Below, piece after piece: positions 21,048 to 31,489 of a stretch of DNA of 64,000 bases; position 1 is the stretch's first letter, and every line of letters begins with the position of its first letter. Under the pieces are notes generated by a model. The model was not told the origin of the DNA. It saw only the letters and a program-made list of their open reading frames with translations, and did no database searches. The stretch is from NCBI GenBank assembly GCA_025558095.1, contig JAIVFI010000030.1:310001-374000 (forward strand), in the 5' to 3' direction. The stretch is from Hyaloraphidium curvatum SAG 235-1. Taxonomy: Eukaryota > Fungi > Monoblepharomycota. Made by a program: the position numbers and the translations under genes.

Positions 21048-22676
21048 TTAAGAGGCACCAGCACCGCAAGACGCCGACTCGCCCGCCAAAGCGCCGGCCA
21101 CGATCCTTCCGATCATCGATGGGAACATGGGCATCCAGGAAAGCACCTCAGAAGGCGGAGGCAAGATGGCAAAGGTGATCGAGCTCTCGTGGCCGCGGTA
21201 CCCGCGCCGCCTGTCGCTCAAGGCGGCGAACCTCTGCTCCGCGCCCCAATCGTCGTCCTCGTCCTCGTCTTTCTCGTCATTCTCGTCGGACTCGCGATCG
21301 GACTCGAAGTCGTAGGCGTACTCGGGGGCCCGCCACGTCGGCACCGCGGGCTCGTCCTCGTTCTCGTTCAGGCGCGAGTCGATCGAGACGCCGGCCGCCG
21401 AACCGACGAGCCGGTGTTCCAGGAACCTGGCCATCCAGTCGATCCTGGTGCGGCCGTGCTCGTCGCGCCACGTCACGAGCTTGCCGTTGGACCACCAGAG
21501 GGGCTTCTCCCTGGGTCCGCCGCCCGAGAGCTCGTCCTCCTCCTCCGCATCGAGCTGCGCCTCCTCCTCCTCCGCGTCCTTGAAACCGCCGTCGCCGGCA
21601 TCGAAGTCGTGCGGCGGTTCCGCATCCCGGCGGCCCGCACAGAGGATCTTGTGCCTGTTCCAGTCCAGGCGCTGGCACGCCGTCCCGCAGTAGAAAGCGG
21701 CCTTGCACCGCGAGCACCGGAGCAGGTTGTGAGAGAGGTGCGTGCACAGGGGCCGGAAGCAGCGGTGCATGACCGAGGTGCTACGCACGACCTCGTCGGC
21801 CTCGGCGTCCAGCACGCTGTCGAGGACGTCCGTGCGGCGGGGAACGGCGCGGCGGAAAGGGCCTGCGGGGGCGCGCGACCCGCGCCTGCGGTCGTGCTCG
21901 GCGACGCGGAAAGCGACGCGGGTGAAGAGGCGCACGTGCAGGGGATCGCCCATGGCGTCCGAGGGGTCGAGGATGTGGTCCCCCATGCGAATGCGCGGGG
22001 ATCGGAGCTTCTCGATGATGCGCCCAGCGGCGGGGATGATGCCCCGTTCCGAGATCGGCAGGGCTGCCGAGGCGGGAGGCCGCTTGGGCTCGACGAAGAG
22101 CGGGATCTTGATCTCGCCGATGTCGCTCGGCGCCGTGCATCCAAGGATCCCGCTGTTGCCGGTGAAGTGCTCGTCGTTGTCGCACACCACATGGACGATC
22201 ACGGTATCGACAGTGCGCTCATTGATTGTCGCCAGCTCCAGTGCCAAAGTGAGAAGCCCGACGAGTCCGCCGTCCGGTTGAGACAGATTGGACAGCACGG
22301 TAGCCATGGCACCGCGGCCGTACATGATGAGGCCGGCCTGGGACGCCCAAGCGAGCACGTCGTCCACCCAGAGGCTGACGTGCAGCGTGCGGCCGTCGAC
22401 GCGCGCCTGCGAGAAGTCGAGGTCGACCTTCTTCGCCGCCAGCACCTCCCCGACGGCGTTCAGGGCCGCGGCGGCGGACTCCGCCGAGGGAGCGCCCGCA
22501 CGGAGGCGGTCGAGCGCTGCAGCGAGGCGGTTCACGGCCGCCGAGCTCGCGCCCGAGCGTTGGTGGAACGCGGTAATCATCGCGTCGGCGCTCGACGGGG
22601 CGCCGCGCGCGGGCCGCGCCGCGGCGATGGCGGCGGCGCGCTGCCGCTTGACGATTCCGATGGCCGCAGAGAGCAT
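21048..22676 (-). CDS. MYND zinc finger protein with acidic C-terminal tracts
   Basis: CFRPLC...CSRCKAAFYCGTACQRLDWNRHKILC. Confidence 0.75.
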   Translation of the reverse strand: MLSAAIGIVKRQRAAAIAAARPARGAPSSADAMITAFHQRSGASSAAVNRLAAALDRLRAGAPSAESAAAALNAVGEVLAAKKVDLDFSQARVDGRTLHVSLWVDDVLAWASQAGLIMYGRGAMATVLSNLSQPDGGLVGLLTLALELATINERTVDTVIVHVVCDNDEHFTGNSGILGCTAPSDIGEIKIPLFVEPKRPPASAALPISERGIIPAAGRIIEKLRSPRIRMGDHILDPSDAMGDPLHVRLFTRVAFRVAEHDRRRGSRAPAGPFRRAVPRRTDVLDSVLDAEADEVVRSTSVMHRCFRPLCTHLSHNLLRCSRCKAAFYCGTACQRLDWNRHKILCAGRRDAEPPHDFDAGDGGFKDAEEEEAQLDAEEEDELSGGGPREKPLWWSNGKLVTWRDEHGRTRIDWMARFLEHRLVGSAAGVSIDSRLNENEDEPAVPTWRAPEYAYDFESDRESDENDEKDEDEDDDWGAEQRFAALSDRRRGYRGHESSITFAILPPPSEVLSWMPMFPSMIGRIVAGALAGESASCGAGAS

Positions 22677-22808
22677 CGCGGTTCCGGAAAGGTGGTCGCC
22701 GGGGGTCGGACGATTTGGTTGGCTGATGCATGGGACAGCTGGCGGTCCAGACGCCCCATCACGAGCCGGACTTTGGAAGCGAACCGGCCTGCAGACTCAA
22801 TACAGTTC

Positions 22809-23720
22809 ATGGACGGCAGAGGAAAAATCGTGGTGGAGGTCCAGGACGGCAAGGCGCCCGGGCCCGTGCTATTCGACGGCGTGGACCTGGGGCTTCTCGA
22901 CAGCCTTTTCGACACCCCGGCTGCAGGCGCCCGCATCGCCGAGGCCGTGCTGGGCCTGCGGGCCTGGTCGTGCTTTGCGTGCCGGAAGCCCTCGGAGAGC
23001 TGCGAATCGACGGACTTCGGCGACACCGGCGGCCGGAGGCTCGTGAACGTTGTCCTCACCTGCGGCACGGAAAGATGCGCCGGCATCGTTCGGGACAGGC
23101 TCGAGCGCACAGCTGCCGACATGAGAGGCCTGCCTCCCCCCAAGGACGGCAAGTACCCTGTCCTCGCGAAGCTGCGCTTCGCCTCGGGGCTTCCGGCCGA
23201 AGACTTCAGCTCGGGGCCGACGTTCGGGGAGCAGTTTCCGCCGAGGGAGATCCCGGTACCGATGCGCCTCTTCGGGGGCGCGGACGTCGGGGGCGTGGAC
23301 TCGGAGGAGATGCTCGAGATCCTGACCCGGGCGGCCAAGCCCATGGTCACGGCCGAGTTCGCCCGTGTCGCGAGGAAGTGCATCCGGTGCGGCCTGCACG
23401 CCGACTGCTGCAACTACATGCAGAATTTGCGGACGGACGAGGGGTTCCCCTGGGTCTTCCTCGTCGACGTGTACCCGGCCTGCGGCGGATGCATGTCCTC
23501 CGTCACGCAGCGCTACAGCGCTTGGTATCGCTTCGAGTCGAAGGACACGCCGCGCCACTTCATGGGATCGTGCCAGGGGTGCAGCAGGGCATCTTCGGAT
23601 CCCAAGAAGGAGTTCCAGCGCTGCTCGCGCTGCGGGAGGGCGTATTACTGCTCGCGCGAGTGCCAGAGGAAGGATTGGCCCGCCCACAAAGGCGCCTGCC
23701 GGCCGAAGGATGCCTCGTGA
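22809..23720 (+). CDS. MYND zinc finger protein, full-length paralog of 18599-19513
   Basis: Shared GKI.V...DGK..GPVLF, KDGK.PVL, LPAED.SSGP, PWVF.VD.YP.C and AWYR.ESK blocks plus the MYND finger. Confidence 0.85.
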   Translation: MDGRGKIVVEVQDGKAPGPVLFDGVDLGLLDSLFDTPAAGARIAEAVLGLRAWSCFACRKPSESCESTDFGDTGGRRLVNVVLTCGTERCAGIVRDRLERTAADMRGLPPPKDGKYPVLAKLRFASGLPAEDFSSGPTFGEQFPPREIPVPMRLFGGADVGGVDSEEMLEILTRAAKPMVTAEFARVARKCIRCGLHADCCNYMQNLRTDEGFPWVFLVDVYPACGGCMSSVTQRYSAWYRFESKDTPRHFMGSCQGCSRASSDPKKEFQRCSRCGRAYYCSRECQRKDWPAHKGACRPKDAS

Positions 23721-24075
23721 GGGGCTTTCGGAGGAGCCAGGAAAGGCACGAGATGTTGCCAGGGCGTTCTTGCCTCTCTCCGTAGATCTTGCCGATCTCG
23801 GTCGAAAAGAAAGAGGAGATCGGCCCCGTCCGCTGCACAAAATGTGAGCTGCGTGATCCCCTGAGCTCGACGGATGCAACTATTAGGGAGCATGCCCCGA
23901 AACGATTGGCGAGCCGCGCGGCGATTCGGGCAAGCACCACCGAGCGGTGGCGTGGGGCACGCGTCACGCTCTCCCGCTTTCTCTTCACCCAAAGCTCTCG
24001 GAATCCGCGCCCATGTGCCCGCCTTCCGGTCGTTTCCTGCGAAATAAAACGTGACGCGGAGCACCGGCGGCCGCC

Positions 24076-26302
24076 ATGTTCCCGCGGGCGGCTCTGCGGC
24101 TCCTGGGACCGCTGCTCCTCGCCGTCGCGGCGCTGTCCGCGCTGCGCAGGGCACCGCCGCCCGACGTCCCGGGCCTGCCGCTCATGGTGCTCGACGGGAA
24201 CGGCAAGATCGTCGGCGGCCACGGCGGCTGGGATTTGGCGACGACGACGACGGTGGCATGGGACCTGCCGTCGCCGACGGCTGCCCAGCTGCGGCCGACA
24301 GAGAACTCCAACGAGCCTGTGTCGGCGGATAATACCCCGCCTGTCGACGCGCAGGTGCCAGTCGAGCCGCCTGCCGCCCCGTCCGGCGGGGAATCGGCGC
24401 TGCTGTCGGTGGGCACCGCCCCGGCGCTCGTCTGGCACCGGACCTTTGGCGACTGGAACTCCTCCGCGGGCGCCGTCGCCATGACCCTCCGCTGGGCAGA
24501 AGGCACGCCGGATCCCGCAATTCCCGGCGTCCTGCGGGCCGACGCGGTGCACTACCTCCGGATCCGGGCCGCGGGCGTGTTTTCGGCGCAGCTGCGGTCC
24601 GACACGGCAGTGGTGCCCGTCTACATACGGCCGCTCGAGGCCGAAGCCGAGCGGGTGTACTTGGCCGGGTCGGCGCCGCTGGTGACATGGCAGGACGACG
24701 GCGAACGGACCTACAACCGCTGGGGCGGGAAGCTAGCAGCGGAGCGCCCGCCCGGTTCCGCGGCCGAGGGACCTTCGGGGCGGCTGTTCCACCCGGAAAG
24801 GATACGAAAGGGAAAGGGACCCGCGGAAGCGCCGTACGACCCGTCGCCGGACGTGCCACGCGGCCAGGGATTCGAGCTTCCCTTCGAGGACCCCGCGACG
24901 GACGAGATCCGGGAGTGGGAGCTGGCCTTCCTCGTCCCAGGGGAGGACGCGGGCGGGGACGCCGAGTTCGAGCTGACGGTGCGCAACCTGGAACCGAGGT
25001 CGAGCATCACGGAGCCATGGATCTGCTCGGTGGCAATCAGCTACCAGGACGCGGACCTGCCAAAGTGGACGGCCGTCAGCGACTTTCTCCAGGACATGAG
25101 GTGGGATTGATTTGCTCGATTAGGCCGTACCATCACCTTGCTCAACGTTCCCGCCCCTCAGAGAGTACTGCGGAGCGGACAGGGAGCGGCGCGACTACCT
25201 GAACCGCGGCAACAAGTGGCCGGGCAGGCCCGACAACACGCCATACAACGCGTCGTATGTCTTCCGGCAAAGACTTCGCTTCGAGCAGCATGCGTCGCCC
25301 GACCGCAAGCGCGCCATCGCCGAGCTTTACAGCTTCGTAAACGGCGTGCCGCCGGCCCCGAATCCCGCCGGCCAAGGGTACCGAATGACGCGTTCCTCCC
25401 TTTCCTTCGGCCGGTGGCTGCTTTCTCCCTCTCCCAACTACACCGTCACCAGCCCCGACGTCTTTCCCACCCGCGAAACCTGCCCGCTGCTCTACTTTAA
25501 GGACAACCGCAGCGCCGTTTGCGAGGACCCTTCGCGTAGGATCTACCGCTACCTCCCCTTCGAAGCCAGCTCGCGCGCGCAGTGGCTGCCCATCCGTTGG
25601 CTCACGAAGCGGTGCCTCTGGCGGCAGCAGCCGGTGGTGCTGGGCGACTCCCTCGCGTCGCAGATCTACAACGGCATCTCGTGCTACCTCCGCCTCTACG
25701 CCGGCACGATGGACCTCTTCCTGGGCGCACTGGCCAATGCGCAGTCCTTCCCGGTCAAGTTCTTCCACCCCCTCTACCCCGACCGGGGCGGCCGCCTGCC
25801 GACGTTCGACGAGTACCTCTTCTACCGCAACTCGCTCCCATGGGACCGCAGCGTCCGCATCGTGCTCTGGCAGATCGGCGTCTGGCCCACCTCCTACTCG
25901 GACTCGCGGCTCTGGGAGCGCGGCATGGACCTCCTCGGCTCCTTCTTTGCCCGCGACCGGGACGAGCACAACCTGACCACCTACGTGGCCACCGTCACCC
26001 CCCCGCAGACGCTCATCGCCGACGGCGGGTGGACCAAGGCGCCGGGGTACCAGACCCGCGGGCGCGCGGCCAAGTGGAACTGGCTGCTGCGGAGGACGAT
26101 GCGGAGGTGGGGGGTCGAGGTGGTGGATACGTACGGGGTGCTGGAGCCGCGGTTCGATGAGAGGACAGACAATGCGCACTATTGCCATGGAGGTGGGTCG
26201 TTTTGGGGCCGGATCGGGTTGGGGATGGTGCTGATTGGCCGCGCTCCCGCAGCGGTGTTTGAGCTGGCGGCCTACGCGATGGCGCGGATATGTCCCGAGT
26301 AG
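24076..26302 (+). CDS. Secreted/type II SGNH PC-esterase (TBL/NXPE-like polysaccharide O-acyltransferase); introns 25101-25161, 25255-25332, 26193-26252
   Basis: Two GT-AG introns join ORFs 24076 and 25346 in frame. N-terminal signal; FGRW, WLTKRC, LGDSL and DNAHYC (GDS + DxxH). Confidence 0.7.
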
Positions 26303-27200
26303 TCTGCGTCACCGGAGATATCGTAGCATGGGACCAAGGCATACCATAGGGATGATTTGTAAGGTTCAGTTCATTCCCCTGACTATACCCGCCCTCTACA
26401 CCTTTAGGCATGCCCACGCCCAAGCTTCCACCCCATCCATTTGCGCTGGTGCTTTCCCCTGAAAGCTGACCAGAAAGCCATGAGAAACCTGGCTCCAACG
26501 GGTGCCTCGCGGCCGCGCCCGACCTGCAAACGGTCCTCAACCAAACGTGTTGAACCTGTTGGCGGTCTGCACGTTGATGATCTTTGCGCCACCATTCAAG
26601 GGCCCCTTGTGGATAACCACCCTGGCGTCGCACTTGACCGTCGTTGCCGTCCTGCCGTGGGCGTGCCCGCCACGGTCTTGCAGAGCTCGACCACGCCCTC
26701 GGGCACGTCGCAGTGGAAGTAGCTCTGCCGTGATGTTTCCCTCGATGTTTCTTGGTCACGGCCCCGATGTTGACGTCGCTCTGGCCGTCGATGGAGCTCT
26801 TGATGGTGTCCATGCCGTTGAGGCTGACGACGGTGACGGGTGCGCGGAAACTGTCGTGGGAGACGTCCATCTTAGGACGAACAGCGCGTAAGACACGACG
26901 GGTAGGGCGGACGCTGGGCATCCTTCTTTCGATTCTTCTTTTCGCGTCCGAGAAGCGCGATGCTCGTGCTGTCGGCAAACCATTACACGCGGGCATCTCC
27001 CTGGGAGGCCGGAACCGCGGGGCAGCGTTCCCGCTGCGGGCGACATCCGGGACCCGCAGGAACTCCAGGCGGACACAGAGCCCAGGATGAAGACAGCGGC
27101 GAGCAGCGTGGCCTCCGGAGCGCAATTTGATTCGGGTTCCGCTGCTGGTTCCGTGCTGTGTTTGCATGATGTCTCAAAAGAGCGGAGACGGCCACCCACA

Positions 27201-27716
27201 ATGACTACGCTGGTCCCCCACGGTGGGCGCGACGGCGACGAGGGCGCGTGGCCGCCGCACGTGCGGGTCGCGCGCGGGCAGCGCCTCGTGCCGGGGGACC
27301 CGGTGGTGCTCGTTACGCTGCCGTGGTGCGGCGGCGCCCTGTTCCACTCCGTGCCATGTGGCGGCGCCGCCTGTGGCGCGGACCTTAAGGACGCTATCGC
27401 GCGCGAGTGGAACCTGCCGAAGCTCAAGTGGAAGCACCTGGACATCAGGCTACTGCCCGGCATGCCCACGGAGCGCGACGTCGCTATCCTGGATACCATG
27501 CACCGGACTTACGCCGTGCCGGAAGGCTTCTTTCCCCAGCGCATTACGGACAATGACCCTTTCCCCGATCCATCGAGGGCTTTAGGCCCGGGATCGTTCC
27601 TCGTCGGCGCCATTGAACCCGATTGGTCGTGGCGGGTCAGCGCTGCTGACCTGGCCTGCTGGTTCGGGCTTCCTGTGTACGAACCATATTGTGGGCGGAG
27701 ATACGGCGCGTCTTGA
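27201..27716 (+). CDS. Hypothetical protein
   Basis: 171-aa ORF with coding-like codon usage; no family recognised. Confidence 0.45.
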   Translation: MTTLVPHGGRDGDEGAWPPHVRVARGQRLVPGDPVVLVTLPWCGGALFHSVPCGGAACGADLKDAIAREWNLPKLKWKHLDIRLLPGMPTERDVAILDTMHRTYAVPEGFFPQRITDNDPFPDPSRALGPGSFLVGAIEPDWSWRVSAADLACWFGLPVYEPYCGRRYGAS

Positions 27717-28136
27717 GCTCATGTAGTGTATGAATGGTGAAAACGGCAAAACCGCGTGTCCAGTCGTGATCTGCAAGCCGACTACAGGATTCCCGCTTGG
27801 TGTCGTCGATTCCTAGAGCGCTTCTCAAGACTCAATCGACCAATTTCTCTTTTACTACCTCGATTCGCCGGGCGCCGCTGGCCATGCGTCATGGCGGGGC
27901 AGGGACGTTTTTTTTTTCCTTTGGGAAGCGGTCTCGCGTCTCGTCCCTTGTCTCGGCCCTCGGCCCCTTTCCCTGCTCGCTCCTTAACCGCAGGCGACCC
28001 GCTGGACGCCCCGACAAGCAGCGTCGTCCATCTTCTTGTTCCCGCGCCCGCCCGCGCCCATTTTCCACGTCGTCGGCGCGCCTTTGTCGGCTTCCGAAGA
28101 ATCCCCGCGACGCCACACCTTCATTTGGCTCTAAGA

Positions 28137-29981
28137 ATGGACGCCGATTCGGAACTCAGAGGCCGGGCAGTCCTGGTGAGGGACGGTCCCAGAGATGGGG
28201 AGCGCGACGAGTCCCACCCGGATACCAGGTCCTCAACTCTGGAGAGCGCCGACAAAGGCCCTGCGAGTCCGGCCGATCAATCGGACTTCGCTGCCCTTGA
28301 TGACGGTGGCTCCGATGTTGCCGCCTTCCTCCAAGATCCCTTTGAGCGTAATCTGGCTCTCGATACGAGACCAACCGCGGACTTCCTCTCTACGAAGCGT
28401 CCCCAGATGGAGCCCGAATGGTTTTGCTATGCCGGTCCAAGATACATTATTGATACGACTGGCATTGGAAGTGGGCGAGGAGCGGGCTGGGCTCAATGGG
28501 GACTGGGAAACGACCTGGCCAACATGTTCGTTAATGTGAAAGCCTGCGATTTCTCCAGCCACCTTCGTCAGGTTTCATTCGCTGAGCTGAATGCACAACG
28601 TGGGCCCCATGGCTACACCATTCTGCACTTGGCTTGCCAACCAGAACTCAGTGCGCTTGATCTATCGAGAATCCGCGCCCTGCTGGAACATCCTGAAGTC
28701 GATGTCAACGCACGGTCTCCGGCTGGATTAACACCGTTTCACCTTGCCTGCATCGCAGGGAGAGAAGAGTTGGTTCGCACTTTCATTCAGTGTGATCGGG
28801 TCGATTGCAATGCCAAGGATCTACTTGGACGCACCGGCTTCGTCTTGGCGTGCTTGTACCGACGGGCCGCCATCGTTGACCTTCTTTTGGAGCATCCCGA
28901 TCGCGTTGACATGCTGCTGACCCCTGGAAAGCGCGTGTACATCGCTGACTTGATACATGACCAATCTATGGAGACGATTCTGAAGTCCAAACTGCCCCCG
29001 GCCTCCGATCTGTATGACGAGAGCATCATCGAACTTTTGTTGGATGCGTTGCGCCGCAGGGAGAAAAAGATCCGCCGGACAGAGAACACAAACAGAATCC
29101 TGGAAGCCAACGACGTTGTGTGGGATCCAACCAAGCGGCTCGGAGTCGGCGGATTTGGCTACGTTTACGAAGGAACGCTTTGCATGACCACCGAAGTCGC
29201 CGTCAAGGTGCTCCGAGATGAAGCTTCCGAGAAGCTGGCGGAGGATCTGCAGAGGGAAGTGAGGACTTGGGAAGGACTGGTTCATCCGCACGGTGGGCAA
29301 GGGCTCTCTTAATCCTCTGCATCCAGCACTGACTTGCACGCTGTACCAGTTCTGCCCCTGATTGGATACTGCGTCTCGCCACAGCCTTTGATGGTCACGC
29401 AGCTGATGCGCAATGGCAGCATGCGCAAGTATCTGGCGTCGCGCAACTGGGATTTCCAGATCGGGAAGAAGCTGCTCTTCAACGTCGTGACGGGCATGTC
29501 TTACCTGCACGCGCGCCACGTCCTGCACGGCGATCTCAAGTGCGACAACGTTCTTGTCGACCACGGCGAGGTGGCGGTGATCACGGATTTTGGCCTTTCC
29601 CGCATTTCACAGACGGTTGGCGGGACCGCTGGTGGTGGCGGGACAACGAGATACATGGCACCGGAGATGTTGCTTCAGGGTCATCCGATCCACAAGCCCT
29701 CGGACGTTTACGCTTTCGCTATGCTCACTTACGAGGTCATCAGTGCGGGCCGGAAGCCTTTCAGCGAGGCCACGCATGATGGGCAGATCTTTTACGCCCT
29801 GAGCCAGGGCGGGAGGCCATCTCGGCCAGTCGGCTCGCCTGATGATGACAAGGGGGACGAGCTGTGGGATCTGATACAGCGTTGCTGGCACCAGGATCCA
29901 TCAGTGAGACCGACGTTCCTTGATATCTATCACCAGTTGAAGAACATGTATGGTTTTGAGCCGATGGGCAGTCGGAGATAA
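28137..29981 (+). CDS. Ankyrin-repeat tyrosine-kinase-like protein kinase (intron 29293-29349)
   Basis: Three ankyrin repeats (GYTILHLAC, GLTPFHLAC, GRTGFVLAC); GVGGFG, VAVK, HGDLKCDN, DFG, YMAPE, SDVYAF, CW..DP..RP. Confidence 0.92.
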
Positions 29982-30333
29982 AGCTCCGGCTGAGGAGCAT
30001 GTATTGGCTCCCGCTTGCCGCTTTCACAACGAACCCGGTCGCGCCGCGAAGGAGATGCAACGAATTCGCTTACAGTGACGCATACATTTCTCGCGCCGAC
30101 AGGCACGGTTGCGCGGCTATCTACAGCTACAGTTTGCAAACCCCGGTCCGGCTCTTTTTGATGGCATTTTCGATGATCCGGCGCGCAGCACCTTCACTCT
30201 CCAGCACGTTGTCCGGTTTGCTCACGTCCTTGCTCGCGTCCAGGTATTCCCGATCCAGAGATCCGTCCCATCCGCACCTTCCCGCGCTTCCCAAAACCGC
30301 CTAACCGTCGTGCGAGGCAAGCCGCCCGCGGCC

Positions 30334-31014
30334 TCACCTCCCCCCCGTGTACACCAGCCTCATCCTCGCCCTGACCGCCTGGCCCCCCGCCTCGCCGGCG
30401 ATGTAGCTCCCCAGCCTTTTGCGCTCGTCCAGCTCCACCGACACGGGCGAGTCGGGCTCCTCGGCGTCCTCGCGGGGGAGCAGGAGGTACAGCCTGTACG
30501 AGGCCGGGCCGCATTCCAGGTGCGAGGGGAAGAGGGACTGCAGGTGGTGCTTGAGGTCGGCGGGGGTGTCGTTGGGGTGGGTCTGCCGGGCGGGGAGCGC
30601 GACAAGTCAGCGGGTTCCTGGTATGCGGCGGTGCAAGACGAAACGCACCCAGCAGCGCAGCACGAACCCCCCGCTTCCGACCTCGACCCACCACCCGCCC
30701 CTGGGCCCCTTGCCGCCCTCCTCGAGCACCACCTTGCCCATCTCCTTCCACGCGGCGGTCGACTCGACGTCGGGCAGGCGGGTCGGCGACGAGAAGGAGT
30801 ATGTGAAGGGCGGCAGCGGGCCCGGCGACGAGGGCGGGGCGAACTCGGCGTGCGACTGCGTGGAGCAGGCGCGGGAGACGGTGCGGAAGCCCTTTGTGCC
30901 GCCTGTGTGCACGGCGACGGGCTCCGAGGGGCGGCGGGCGGAGCCGACCAGGCCTCCGAGGCGGGGCGAGGCGGCGGCGCGTGCCGACGGCGAGCTCGGC
31001 GGATCGGCGAGCAT
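30334..31014 (-). CDS. Hypothetical protein, possible C-terminal ubiquitin-like fold (intron 30583-30648)
   Basis: Splicing gives FVLRCWTHPNDTPADLKHHLQSLF...RMRLVYTGGR*. Confidence 0.5.
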
Positions 31015-31489
31015 TTTGGGGCGCGAAGGGCGGCTGGAGCGACGGGAGGTCGCGGGGACCGGGGACCCGCTCGGCCGGGGTGCGGCGGCGGGGTTGATCC
31101 GGGCGGCGGGGCACGCGGCCGCGGTGGACGGCCGGGCGCGAGTCCGGGAAAGCGGCCGCGGGGCGGCGGCGGCCGTTCAGGCGCGCGGGGGCGTGGTGCT
31201 ATGCGCGCACGGGAGCCATGCGGGTGCGGCGCGCGCTGTGCGTACCGCGGCGCCGCTCGGCCCCGGGCGAGGCGGAGAGCGGCTCGCTGAGCGCGCGGGA
31301 ACGCGGGAGCGGGAGCCGGGGGGCGCCTTGGCTCTTTTCCGGGTGGCCGGAGGAAGCCAGCAGGAAACGAAGGACGCCGGGCTGGTGACGACGGTTCTAC
31401 CCCAACGCAAAACGATCACGCAATGCCGAAGGCGTGGGATTCACGACGGCCACCGGATATCAGGAAATCTCCCTCTCGTTCCCACCGAT

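Noticed and set aside
21189-22808. N-terminal about 540 aa of the 843-aa ORF
   Set aside because: Antisense of the 21048-22676 MYND gene; paralogy with 18599 fixes the start at 22809.
27717-27775. ATGA...AA...GA pattern after a TGA stop, considered as a SECIS/selenoprotein signal
   Set aside because: Stem pairing does not fit SECIS geometry and the TGA is not in a redox motif.
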